A DNA stretch of 64,000 nt from Escherichia coli (lineage in GTDB: Bacteria > Pseudomonadota > Gammaproteobacteria > Enterobacterales > Enterobacteriaceae): NCBI RefSeq assembly GCF_013315695.1, contig NZ_CP054353.1. One strand, 5' to 3'. The position numbers were made by a program, and so were the translations under genes. The notes under the pieces are model-generated. The model had not been told where the DNA came from and did no database searches. It was given only the letters and a program-made list of their open reading frames with translations. This document shows positions 53,828-64,000 of this stretch, piece by piece (position 1 is the stretch's first letter; each line of letters starts with the position of its first letter).

Positions 53828-54778
53828 ATGCAGATCCTGTTGGCCAACCCGCGTGGTTTTTGTGCCGGGGTAGACCGCGCTATCAGCATTGTTGAAAACG
53901 CGCTGGCCATTTACGGCGCACCGATATATGTCCGTCACGAAGTGGTGCATAACCGCTATGTGGTCGATAGCCTGCGCGAGCGTGGGGCTATCTTTATTGA
54001 GCAGATTAGCGAAGTACCGGACGGCGCGATCCTGATTTTCTCCGCACACGGTGTTTCTCAGGCGGTACGTAACGAAGCGAAAAGCCGTGATTTGACGGTA
54101 TTCGACGCCACCTGTCCGCTGGTGACCAAAGTGCATATGGAAGTCGCCCGCGCCAGTCGCCGTGGCGAAGAATCTATTCTCATCGGCCACGCCGGTCACC
54201 CGGAAGTGGAAGGTACGATGGGTCAGTACAGTAACCCGGAAGGGGGAATGTATCTGGTCGAATCGCCAGACGATGTGTGGAAACTGACGGTCAAAAACGA
54301 AGAGAAGCTCTCCTTTATGACCCAAACCACGCTGTCGGTGGATGACACGTCTGATGTGATCGACGCGCTGCGTAAACGCTTCCCGAAAATTGTCGGTCCG
54401 CGCAAAGATGACATCTGCTACGCCACGACTAACCGTCAGGAAGCGGTACGCGCCCTGGCAGAACAGGCGGAAGTTGTGCTGGTGGTCGGTTCGAAAAACT
54501 CCTCCAACTCCAACCGTCTGGCGGAGCTGGCCCAACGTATGGGCAAACGCGCGTTTTTGATTGACGATGCGAAAGATATCCAGGAAGAGTGGGTGAAAGA
54601 GGTTAAATGCGTCGGCGTGACTGCGGGCGCATCGGCTCCGGATATTCTGGTGCAGAATGTGGTGGCACGTTTGCAGCAGCTGGGTGGTGGTGAAGCCATT
54701 CCGCTGGAAGGCCGTGAAGAAAACATTGTTTTCGAAGTGCCGAAAGAGCTGCGTGTCGATATTCGTGAAGTCGATTAA
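53828..54778 (+). CDS. ispH: 4-hydroxy-3-methylbut-2-enyl diphosphate reductase
   Basis: ORF track 53744..54778; ATG 53828 ([23 protein letters not shown]...), 316 aa. Confidence 0.97.
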
Positions 54779-54843
54779 GTCATTAGCAGCCTAAGTTATG
54801 CGAAAATGCCGGTCTTGTTACCGGCATTTTTTATGGAGAAAAC

Positions 54844-55758
54844 ATGCGTTTACCTATCTTCCTCGATACTGACCCCGGCATTGACGATGCCGTCGCCATT
54901 GCCGCCGCGATTTTTGCCCCCGAACTCGACCTGCAACTGATGACCACCGTCGCGGGTAATGCCTCGGTTGAGAAAACCACCCGCAACGCCCTGCAACTGC
55001 TGCATTTCTGGAATGCGGAGATTCCGCTCGCCCAGGGAGCCGCTGTGCCGCTGGTACGCGCACCGCGTGATGCAGCATCTGTGCACGGCGAATCGGGAAT
55101 GGCTGGCTACGACTTTGTTGAGCACAACCGAAAGCCACTCGGGATACCAGCGTTTCTGGCGATTCGTGATGCCCTGATGCGTGCACCAGAGCCTGTTACC
55201 CTGGTGGCCATTGGCCCGTTAACCAATATTGCGCTGTTACTTTCACAATGCCCGGAATGTAAGCCGTATATTCGCCGTCTGGTGATCATGGGCGGTTCTG
55301 CTGGTCGCGGCAACTGCACACCAAACGCCGAGTTTAATATCGCTGCCGATCCAGAAGCGGCAGCCTGTGTCTTCCGTAGCGGAATCGAAATTGTCATGTG
55401 CGGTCTGGATGTCACCAATCAGGCAATATTAACCCCTGACTATCTCGCTACTTTGCCGGAGTTGAATCGCACCGGAAAAATGCTCCACGCCCTGTTTAGC
55501 CACTACCGTAGCGGCAGTATGCAAAGCGGTCTGCGAATGCACGATCTCTGCGCCATCGCCTGGCTGGTGCGCCCAGACTTGTTCACTCTCAAACCGTGTT
55601 TTGTCGCGGTAGAAACTCAGGGTGAATTTACCTCAGGCACGACGGTTGTTGATATCGACGGCTGCCTGGGCAAACCAGCCAATGTAAAGGTGGCATTGGA
55701 TCTGAATGTAAAAGGCTTCCAGCAGTGGGTAGCTGAGGTGCTGGCTCTGGTGCCGTAA
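54844..55758 (+). CDS. rihC: non-specific ribonucleoside hydrolase RihC
   Basis: 304-aa ORF with N-terminal DTDPGIDDA nucleoside hydrolase motif. Confidence 0.95.
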   Translation: MRLPIFLDTDPGIDDAVAIAAAIFAPELDLQLMTTVAGNASVEKTTRNALQLLHFWNAEIPLAQGAAVPLVRAPRDAASVHGESGMAGYDFVEHNRKPLGIPAFLAIRDALMRAPEPVTLVAIGPLTNIALLLSQCPECKPYIRRLVIMGGSAGRGNCTPNAEFNIAADPEAAACVFRSGIEIVMCGLDVTNQAILTPDYLATLPELNRTGKMLHALFSHYRSGSMQSGLRMHDLCAIAWLVRPDLFTLKPCFVAVETQGEFTSGTTVVDIDGCLGKPANVKVALDLNVKGFQQWVAEVLALVP

Positions 55759-55909
55759 CCTGTCACATGTTATCGGCATGCAGTCATTCATCGACTCATG
55801 CCTTTCACTGATATCCCTCCCTGTTTATCATTAATTTCTAATTATCAGCGTTTTTGGCTGGCGGCGTAGCGATGCGCTGGTTACTCTGAAAACGGTCTAT
55901 GCAAATTAA

Positions 55910-56746
<837 letters not shown>

Positions 56747-57152
56747 CCACAAAATATTTATAGTGATGCAAAAATAACACATTTAATTCATTGAATATAA
56801 AGGGCTTTAATTTTTGGCCCTTTTATTTTTAGTGTTATGCTTTTAAATTTAATGCAAATGCCGAAAATTACATGTTTTGCATTCTGTTTTTGTTGTTTTA
56901 ATGTAAATTTTGACCATTTGGTCCACTTTTTTCTGCTCATTTTGATTTCATGCAATCTTCTTGCTGCGCAAGCGTTTTCCAGAACATGTTATATGATCTT
57001 TTTGTCGCTTAATGCCTGTAAAACATGCATGAGCCACAAAATAATATAAAAAATCCCGCCATTAAGTTGACTTTTAGCTCCCATATCTCCAGAATGCCGC
57101 CGTTTGCCAGAAATTCGTCGGTAAGCAGATTTGCATTGATTTACGTCATCAT

Positions 57153-57191
57153 TGTGAATTAATATGCAAATAAAGTGAGTGAATATTCTCT
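57153..57191 (+). promoter_or_regulatory. tandem ARG boxes (ArgR operator) overlapping the carAB P2 promoter
   Basis: tgtgaattaatatgcaaa-taa-agtgagtgaatattctct: two 18-bp sites separated by 3 bp matching the ARG-box consensus TnTGAATwwwwATTCAnw, directly upstream of the carA TTG start. Confidence 0.7.
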
Positions 57192-57201
57192 GGAGGGTGT
57201 T

Positions 57202-58350
57202 TTGATTAAGTCAGCGCTATTGGTTCTGGAAGACGGAACCCAGTTTCACGGTCGGGCCATAGGGGCAACAGGTTCGGCGGTTGGGGAAGTCGTTTTCAAT
57301 ACTTCAATGACCGGTTATCAAGAAATCCTCACTGATCCTTCCTATTCTCGTCAAATCGTTACTCTTACTTATCCCCATATTGGCAATGTCGGCACTAATG
57401 ACGCCGATGAAGAATCTTCTCAGGTACATGCCCAAGGTCTGGTGATTCGCGATCTGCCGCTGATTGCCAGCAACTTCCGTAATACCGAAGACCTCTCTTC
57501 TTACCTGAAGCGCCATAACATCGTGGCGATTGCCGATATCGATACCCGTAAGCTGACGCGTTTACTGCGCGAGAAAGGCGCACAGAATGGCTGCATTATC
57601 GCGGGCGATAACCCGGATGCGGCGCTGGCGTTAGAAAAAGCCCGCGCGTTCCCAGGTCTGAACGGCATGGATCTGGCAAAAGAAGTGACCACCGCAGAAA
57701 CGTATAGCTGGACACAAGGGAGCTGGACGCTGACCGGCGGCCTGCCAGAAGCGAAGAAAGAAGACGAGCTGTCGTTCCACGTCGTGGCTTATGATTTTGG
57801 TGCCAAGCGCAACATCCTGCGGATGCTGGTGGATAGAGGCTGTCGCCTGACCATCGTTCCGGCGCAAACTTCTGCGGAAGATGTGTTGAAAATGAATCCA
57901 GACGGCATCTTCCTCTCCAACGGTCCTGGCGACCCGGCCCCGTGCGATTACGCCATTACCGCCATCCAGAAATTCCTCGAAACCGATATTCCGGTATTCG
58001 GCATCTGTCTCGGTCATCAGCTGCTGGCGCTGGCGAGCGGTGCGAAGACCATCAAAATGAAATTTGGTCACCACGGCGGCAACCATCCGGTTAAAGATGT
58101 TGAGAAAAACGTGGTGATGATCACCGCCCAGAACCACGGTTTTGCGGTGGACGAAGCAACATTACCTGCAAACCTGCGTGTCACGCATAAATCCCTGTTC
58201 GACGGTACGTTACAGGGCATTCATCGCACCGATAAACCGGCGTTCAGCTTCCAGGGTCACCCGGAAGCCAGCCCTGGTCCACACGACGCCGCGCCGTTGT
58301 TCGACCACTTTATCGAGTTAATTGAGCAGTACCGTAAAACCGCTAAGTAA
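57202..58350 (+). CDS. carA: carbamoyl-phosphate synthase small (glutamine amidotransferase) subunit
   Basis: ORF track 57175..58350; TTG start at 57202 ([24 protein letters not shown]...), 382 aa. Confidence 0.95.
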   Translation: MIKSALLVLEDGTQFHGRAIGATGSAVGEVVFNTSMTGYQEILTDPSYSRQIVTLTYPHIGNVGTNDADEESSQVHAQGLVIRDLPLIASNFRNTEDLSSYLKRHNIVAIADIDTRKLTRLLREKGAQNGCIIAGDNPDAALALEKARAFPGLNGMDLAKEVTTAETYSWTQGSWTLTGGLPEAKKEDELSFHVVAYDFGAKRNILRMLVDRGCRLTIVPAQTSAEDVLKMNPDGIFLSNGPGDPAPCDYAITAIQKFLETDIPVFGICLGHQLLALASGAKTIKMKFGHHGGNHPVKDVEKNVVMITAQNHGFAVDEATLPANLRVTHKSLFDGTLQGIHRTDKPAFSFQGHPEASPGPHDAAPLFDHFIELIEQYRKTAK

Positions 58351-58367
58351 TCAGGAGTAAAAGAGCC

Positions 58368-61300
58368 ATGCCAAAACGTACAGATATAAAAAGTATCCTG
58401 ATTCTGGGTGCGGGCCCGATTGTTATCGGTCAGGCGTGTGAGTTTGACTACTCTGGCGCGCAAGCGTGTAAAGCCCTGCGTGAAGAGGGTTACCGCGTCA
58501 TTCTGGTGAACTCCAACCCGGCGACTATCATGACCGACCCGGAAATGGCTGATGCAACCTACATCGAGCCGATTCACTGGGAAGTGGTACGCAAGATTAT
58601 TGAAAAAGAGCGCCCGGACGCGGTGCTGCCAACCATGGGGGGGCAGACGGCGCTGAACTGTGCGCTGGAGCTTGAGCGTCAGGGCGTGCTGGAAGAGTTC
58701 GGCGTCACCATGATTGGTGCCACTGCCGATGCGATTGATAAAGCCGAAGACCGCCGCCGTTTCGACGTAGCGATGAAGAAAATCGGTCTGGAAACTGCGC
58801 GTTCCGGTATCGCTCATTCAATGGAAGAAGCGCTGGCGGTTGCCGCTGAAGTTGGCTTCCCGTGCATTATTCGCCCATCCTTTACCATGGGTGGTAGCGG
58901 CGGCGGTATCGCTTATAACCGCGAAGAGTTTGAAGAAATTTGCGCCCGCGGTCTGGATCTCTCTCCGACCAAAGAGTTGCTGATTGACGAGTCGCTGATC
59001 GGCTGGAAAGAGTACGAGATGGAAGTGGTGCGTGATAAAAACGACAACTGCATCATCGTCTGCTCTATCGAAAACTTTGATGCGATGGGCATCCACACCG
59101 GTGACTCCATCACTGTCGCGCCAGCCCAAACGCTGACCGACAAAGAATATCAAATCATGCGTAATGCCTCGATGGCGGTGCTGCGTGAAATCGGCGTTGA
59201 AACCGGCGGTTCCAACGTCCAGTTTGCGGTGAACCCGAAAAACGGTCGCCTGATTGTTATCGAAATGAACCCGCGCGTGTCGCGTTCTTCGGCGCTGGCG
59301 TCGAAAGCGACCGGTTTCCCGATTGCTAAAGTGGCGGCGAAACTGGCGGTGGGTTACACCCTCGACGAACTGATGAACGACATCACCGGCGGGCGTACTC
59401 CGGCCTCCTTCGAGCCGTCCATCGACTACGTGGTCACCAAAATTCCTCGCTTCAACTTCGAGAAATTCGCCGGGGCGAACGACCGTCTGACCACTCAGAT
59501 GAAATCGGTTGGCGAAGTGATGGCGATTGGGCGCACGCAGCAGGAATCCCTGCAAAAAGCGCTGCGCGGCCTGGAAGTGGGCGCAACTGGCTTCGACCCG
59601 AAAGTCAGCCTCGATGATCCGGAAGCGCTGACCAAAATTCGCCGCGAACTGAAAGATGCAGGCGCAGAGCGTATCTGGTATATCGCCGATGCTTTCCGCG
59701 CGGGCCTGTCCGTAGACGGCGTGTTCAACCTGACCAACATTGACCGCTGGTTCCTGGTACAAATTGAAGAGCTGGTGCGTCTGGAAGAGAAAGTCGCAGA
59801 AGTGGGCATCACTGGCCTGAACGCTGACTTCCTGCGCCAGCTGAAACGCAAAGGCTTTGCCGACGCGCGTCTGGCAAAACTCGCGGGCGTGCGTGAAGCA
59901 GAAATCCGTAAGCTGCGTGACCAGTATGACCTGCACCCGGTTTACAAGCGCGTGGATACCTGTGCGGCAGAGTTCGCCACCGACACCGCTTACATGTACT
60001 CCACTTATGAAGAAGAGTGCGAAGCGAATCCGTCCACCGATCGTGAAAAAATCATGGTGCTCGGCGGCGGCCCGAACCGTATCGGTCAGGGTATCGAATT
60101 CGACTACTGCTGTGTACACGCCTCGCTGGCGCTGCGCGAAGACGGTTACGAAACCATTATGGTTAACTGTAACCCGGAAACCGTCTCTACCGACTACGAC
60201 ACTTCCGATCGCCTCTACTTCGAGCCGGTAACTCTGGAAGACGTGCTGGAAATTGTGCGTATTGAGAAGCCGAAAGGCGTTATCGTCCAGTACGGCGGTC
60301 AGACCCCGCTGAAACTGGCGCGCGCGCTGGAAGCGGCTGGCGTACCGGTTATCGGTACCAGCCCGGATGCCATCGACCGTGCGGAAGACCGTGAACGCTT
60401 CCAGCATGCGGTTGAGCGTCTGAAACTGAAACAACCGGCGAACGCCACCGTTACCACCATCGAAATGGCGGTTGAGAAAGCGAAAGAGATTGGCTACCCG
60501 CTGGTGGTGCGTCCGTCTTACGTTCTCGGCGGTCGGGCGATGGAAATCGTCTATGACGAAGCTGACCTGCGTCGCTACTTCCAGACAGCGGTCAGCGTCT
60601 CTAACGATGCGCCAGTGTTGCTGGACCACTTCCTTGATGACGCAGTAGAAGTTGACGTGGATGCCATCTGCGACGGCGAAATGGTGCTGATTGGCGGCAT
60701 CATGGAGCACATCGAGCAGGCGGGCGTGCACTCCGGTGACTCCGCATGTTCTCTGCCAGCCTACACCTTAAGTCAGGAAATTCAGGATGTGATGCGCCAG
60801 CAGGTGCAGAAACTGGCCTTCGAATTGCAGGTGCGCGGCCTGATGAACGTGCAGTTTGCGGTGAAAAACAACGAAGTCTACCTGATTGAAGTTAACCCGC
60901 GTGCGGCGCGTACCGTTCCGTTCGTCTCCAAAGCCACCGGCGTACCGCTGGCAAAAGTGGCGGCGCGTGTGATGGCTGGCAAATCGCTGGCTGAGCAGGG
61001 CGTAACCAAAGAAGTTATCCCGCCGTACTACTCGGTGAAAGAAGTGGTGCTGCCGTTCAATAAATTCCCGGGCGTTGACCCGCTGTTAGGGCCAGAAATG
61101 CGCTCTACCGGGGAAGTCATGGGCGTGGGCCGCACCTTCGCTGAAGCGTTTGCCAAAGCGCAGCTGGGCAGCAACTCCACCATGAAGAAACACGGTCGTG
61201 CGCTGCTTTCCGTGCGCGAAGGCGACAAAGAACGCGTGGTGGACCTGGCGGCAAAACTGCTGAAACAGGGCTTCGAGCTGGATGCGACCCACGGCACGGC

Positions 61301-61589
61301 GATTGTGCTGGGCGAAGCGGGTATCAATCCGCGTCTGGTAAACAAGGTGCATGAGGGCCGTCCGCACATTCAGGACCGCATCAAGAATGGCGAATATACC
61401 TACATCATCAACACCACCTCAGGCCGTCGTGCGATTGAAGACTCCCGCGTGATCCGTCGCAGTGCGCTGCAATATAAAGTGCATTATGACACCACCCTGA
61501 ACGGTGGTTTCGCTACCGCGATGGCGCTGAATGCCGATGCGACTGAAAAAGTAATTTCGGTGCAGGAAATGCACGCGCAGATCAAATAA
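58368..61589 (+). CDS. carB: carbamoyl-phosphate synthase large subunit
   Basis: 1073-aa [40 protein letters not shown]... with duplicated ATP-grasp halves. Confidence 0.99.
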   Translation: MPKRTDIKSILILGAGPIVIGQACEFDYSGAQACKALREEGYRVILVNSNPATIMTDPEMADATYIEPIHWEVVRKIIEKERPDAVLPTMGGQTALNCALELERQGVLEEFGVTMIGATADAIDKAEDRRRFDVAMKKIGLETARSGIAHSMEEALAVAAEVGFPCIIRPSFTMGGSGGGIAYNREEFEEICARGLDLSPTKELLIDESLIGWKEYEMEVVRDKNDNCIIVCSIENFDAMGIHTGDSITVAPAQTLTDKEYQIMRNASMAVLREIGVETGGSNVQFAVNPKNGRLIVIEMNPRVSRSSALASKATGFPIAKVAAKLAVGYTLDELMNDITGGRTPASFEPSIDYVVTKIPRFNFEKFAGANDRLTTQMKSVGEVMAIGRTQQESLQKALRGLEVGATGFDPKVSLDDPEALTKIRRELKDAGAERIWYIADAFRAGLSVDGVFNLTNIDRWFLVQIEELVRLEEKVAEVGITGLNADFLRQLKRKGFADARLAKLAGVREAEIRKLRDQYDLHPVYKRVDTCAAEFATDTAYMYSTYEEECEANPSTDREKIMVLGGGPNRIGQGIEFDYCCVHASLALREDGYETIMVNCNPETVSTDYDTSDRLYFEPVTLEDVLEIVRIEKPKGVIVQYGGQTPLKLARALEAAGVPVIGTSPDAIDRAEDRERFQHAVERLKLKQPANATVTTIEMAVEKAKEIGYPLVVRPSYVLGGRAMEIVYDEADLRRYFQTAVSVSNDAPVLLDHFLDDAVEVDVDAICDGEMVLIGGIMEHIEQAGVHSGDSACSLPAYTLSQEIQDVMRQQVQKLAFELQVRGLMNVQFAVKNNEVYLIEVNPRAARTVPFVSKATGVPLAKVAARVMAGKSLAEQGVTKEVIPPYYSVKEVVLPFNKFPGVDPLLGPEMRSTGEVMGVGRTFAEAFAKAQLGSNSTMKKHGRALLSVREGDKERVVDLAAKLLKQGFELDATHGTAIVLGEAGINPRLVNKVHEGRPHIQDRIKNGEYTYIINTTSGRRAIEDSRVIRRSALQYKVHYDTTLNGGFATAMALNADATEKVISVQEMHAQIK

Positions 61590-61849
61590 TAGCGTGTCAT
61601 GGCGGATATTTTTCATCCGCTAATTTGATCGAATAACTAATACGGTTCTCTTATGAGGACCGTTTTTTTTGCCCATTAAGTAAATCTTTTGGGGAATCGA
61701 TATTTTTGATGACATAAGCAGGATTTAGCTCACACTTATCGACGGTGAAGTTGCATACTATCGATATATCCACAATTTTAATATGGCCTTGTTTAATTGC
61801 TTCAAAACGAGTCATAGCCAGACTTTTAATTTGTGAAACTGGAGTTCGT

Positions 61850-62245
61850 ATGTGTGAAGGATATGTTGAAAAACCACTCTACTTGTTAATCGCCGAATGG
61901 ATGATGGCTGAAAATCGGTGGGTGATAGCAAGAGAGATCTCTATTCATTTCGATATTGAACACAGCAAGGCGGTTAATACCCTGACTTATATTCTGTCGG
62001 AAGTCACAGAAATAAGCTGCGAAGTTAAGATGATCCCTAATAAGCTGGAAGGGCGGGGATGCCAGTGTCAGCGACTGGTTAAAGTGGTCGATATCGATGA
62101 GCAAATTTACGCGCGCCTGCGCAATAACAGTCGGGAAAAATTAGTCGGCGTAAGAAAGACGCCGCGTATTCCTGCCGTTCCGCTCACGGAACTTAACCGC
62201 GAGCAGAAGTGGCAGATGATGTTGTCAAAGAGTATGCGTCGTTAA
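61850..62245 (+). CDS. caiF: carnitine metabolism transcriptional activator CaiF
   Basis: ORF track 61745..62245; ATG 61850 (MCEGYVEKPLYLLIAEWMMAENRWVIAREISIHF...), 131 aa. Confidence 0.9.
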   Translation: MCEGYVEKPLYLLIAEWMMAENRWVIAREISIHFDIEHSKAVNTLTYILSEVTEISCEVKMIPNKLEGRGCQCQRLVKVVDIDEQIYARLRNNSREKLVGVRKTPRIPAVPLTELNREQKWQMMLSKSMRR

Positions 62246-62276
62246 TGTCATTTCGATGATACCGTGCGACCTGGTC

Positions 62277-62360
62277 GCCGGATGCGATGCTGGCGCATCT
62301 TATCCGGCCTACGGTTGCTCTCCAGCCAGGTCGGATAAGGGGTTGCGCCGCATCCGGCAA
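62277..62360. repeat. pair of REP elements in opposite orientation (BIME-like) between caiF and caiE
   Basis: gccggatgcgatgctggcgcatcttatccggcctacg and inverted copy gtcggataaggggttgcgccgcatccggca. Confidence 0.75.
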
Positions 62361-62362
62361 GA

Positions 62363-62953
62363 TCACCGTTTAGGCGTCACATCCGTCGTCCCCTGCAAAC
62401 GGGGGCGATTTTCCTCCATTTGCCTCAGTGGTTGTGTTTCATGTAACGATGCATGACAGCGCCCGACAAGATCCTGATACTCTTTGGTATTCAACCGTTT
62501 CCAGTGTAACTCGTCGTCACTAACACTGCGTACAGCGCGGGCTGGCGTACCCATCAACAACTGGCGTTTCTCGCCGCGAAAGCCCGCTTTGACAAAGCTC
62601 ATGGCGGCAACAATGCTCTCTTCGCCAATGACCGCGCCATCCATAATCACGCTGTTCATCCCGACCAGTGCATCGCGACCAATCACACAACCATGCAGGA
62701 TCGCTCCGTGCCCGATATGACCGTTTTCCCCAACGATGGTGTCAGTGTCGCAGTAGCCATGCATAATGCAGCCATCCTGAATATTGGCTCCCGCTTGCAC
62801 GATCAACCGCCCGTAGTCACCACGCAGTGAGGCGAGTGGGCCGATGTAGACACCGGCTCCCACAATCACATCGCCAATCAAGACCGCACTGGGATGGACA
62901 AACGCCGTCGGGTGAACCACCGGAATTAACCCCTCAAAGGCGTAATAGCTCAC
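62363..62953 (-). CDS. caiE: carnitine operon protein CaiE (hexapeptide-repeat transferase)
   Basis: ORF track 62363..62974; GTG start taken at 62953 ([24 protein letters not shown]...), 196 aa. Confidence 0.9.
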   Translation of the reverse strand: MSYYAFEGLIPVVHPTAFVHPSAVLIGDVIVGAGVYIGPLASLRGDYGRLIVQAGANIQDGCIMHGYCDTDTIVGENGHIGHGAILHGCVIGRDALVGMNSVIMDGAVIGEESIVAAMSFVKAGFRGEKRQLLMGTPARAVRSVSDDELHWKRLNTKEYQDLVGRCHASLHETQPLRQMEENRPRLQGTTDVTPKR

Positions 62954-62958
62954 GGTTG

Positions 62959-63744
62959 TTAACGTCCTTTCCACACCGGATCGCGCTTCTCGGCAAACGC
63001 CAGCGGCCCTTCAATGGCATCTTCCGAATGCAGAACCGACGGATAGTGTTTCAACACGCCGCTGCGAATATAGCGATACGCTTCTTCTACCGGCATTTCG
63101 CTGGTGGTGCGGTAGATCTCTTTCAGCGCCGCAATCGCCAGCGGAGCGCTGTTAACCAGCTGCTGCGCCAGTTCGCGGGCGTTATCCATCAGTTCCGCCT
63201 GGCTAACCACGCGGTTGACTATCCCCCAACGCAGCGCCTCTTCTGCGCCCATTCGTCTGCCGGTCATCACCATTTCATTGACGATGGCAGGCGGCAGGAT
63301 CTTCGGCAGACGCAGCACGCCGCCGCTGTCAGGAACGATGCCCAGTTTGGCTTCCGGCAGGGCGAAGCTGGCATTATCGGCACAAACAATAAAATCTGCC
63401 GCCAGTGCCAGTTCAAAGCCGCCGCCAAAGGCATAGCCGTTCACAGCGGCGATAACTGGTTTGTCGAGATTGAAAATTTCGGTTAATCCCGCAAAACCAC
63501 CCGGGCCAAAGTCAGCATCCGGTGCTTCGCCTTCTGCTGCCGCTTTTAAATCCCAGCCCGCGGAAAAGAATTTCTCTCCGGCACCGGTAATAATGGCGAC
63601 ACGTAATTGCGGATCGTCTCGGAAATTTAGAAATACTTCGCCCATTTCAAAGCTGGTTTTTGCATCAATAGCATTCGCTTTTGGACGATCAAGGGTAATT
63701 TCCAGAATTGATCCATTGCGGGTCAGATGTAATGATTCACTCAT
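62959..63744 (-). CDS. caiD: crotonobetainyl-CoA hydratase (carnitinyl-CoA dehydratase) CaiD
   Basis: ORF track 62959..63852 (297 aa); conservative start ATG 63744 ([34 protein letters not shown]...), 261 aa; enoyl-CoA hydratase fold. Confidence 0.9.
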   Translation of the reverse strand: MSESLHLTRNGSILEITLDRPKANAIDAKTSFEMGEVFLNFRDDPQLRVAIITGAGEKFFSAGWDLKAAAEGEAPDADFGPGGFAGLTEIFNLDKPVIAAVNGYAFGGGFELALAADFIVCADNASFALPEAKLGIVPDSGGVLRLPKILPPAIVNEMVMTGRRMGAEEALRWGIVNRVVSQAELMDNARELAQQLVNSAPLAIAALKEIYRTTSEMPVEEAYRYIRSGVLKHYPSVLHSEDAIEGPLAFAEKRDPVWKGR

Positions 63745-63852
63745 TCCTTTTCTCCATTTTTGCTTTTTCAGGGACGACAACATCCCTGTAAAAAATGCAT
63801 ATTGTTTTAGAGCGTGATTATTAGCTGGCAGGGTAGTTCCCTGCCGTTTCAT

Positions 63853-64000
63853 TTATTTCAGATTCTTTCTAATTATTTTCCCCGAGCAATTACGTGGTAG
63901 ATCTTTTCTGATCTCCAGATAAGAGGGCACTTTAAATTTCGCCATATTTTTTTCGCAGAAGCGGAAAAATTCCTCTTCGCTCAATGTTTCACCTTCATTC
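63853..64000 (-). CDS. caiC: crotonobetaine/carnitine-CoA ligase CaiC, C-terminal end (5' part beyond window)
   Basis: Minus-strand frame ending ...[27 protein letters not shown] with stop (tta on plus) at 63853-63855; acyl-CoA synthetase C-terminal motif. Confidence 0.8.
   Translation of the reverse strand, partial: NEGETLSEEEFFRFCEKNMAKFKVPSYLEIRKDLPRNCSGKIIRKNLK

Noticed and set aside
58818-60731. 637-codon ORF antisense to carB
   Set aside because: Same codon-bias artefact; entirely inside carB on the opposite strand; low-complexity Arg/Val/Phe-rich translation.
63745-63852. Extended 297-aa form of caiD starting [16 protein letters not shown] and abutting the caiC stop
   Set aside because: Enoyl-CoA hydratase homology begins near the internal ATG at 63744; the upstream extension is the 3' end region of caiC on the same strand, so the shorter start is the conservative choice.

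Overview
The window is a contiguous Escherichia coli chromosomal segment that runs through the K-12 map origin: lplA (partial), ytjB, serB, radA, nadR, ettA, slt, trpR, yjjX, gpmB, rob, creABCD, arcA, yjjY, lasT, then thrLABC, yaaX, yaaA, yaaJ, talB, mog, satP, yaaW, yaaI, dnaKJ, hokC/mokC, nhaAR, rpsT, yaaY, ribF, ileS, lspA, fkpB, ispH, rihC, dapB, carAB, caiF, caiE, caiD and the caiC 3' end. Gene identities rest on my recognition of the translated ORFs as the well-known K-12 proteins; no search was run. The gene order is K-12-like, but the accessory content differs from MG1655 as I recall it. (1) A 94-aa XRE/YiaG-like HTH ORF sits between nadR and ettA. (2) A complete IS4 with a 12-bp target duplication is inserted in the mog/satP convergent terminator. 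(3) There is no IS186 beside hokC; instead a low-GC ~4.4 kb island lies between hokC and nhaA, encoding a Tsx-like porin, a Ser-type sulfatase and a 426-aa protein with tandem IS1/InsA-like zinc ribbons. (4) Between nhaR and rpsT, where K-12 carries IS1, there is a low-GC ~7 kb island with a chaperone-usher fimbrial operon whose adhesin is split at an A8 tract, plus a pentapeptide-repeat EspX-like protein. No rRNA, tRNA or CRISPR array was seen. The most novel candidate is the 426-aa transposase-derived protein and the porin-sulfatase module beside it. The many long antisense ORFs inside dnaK, carB, ettA and others are treated as codon-bias artefacts.
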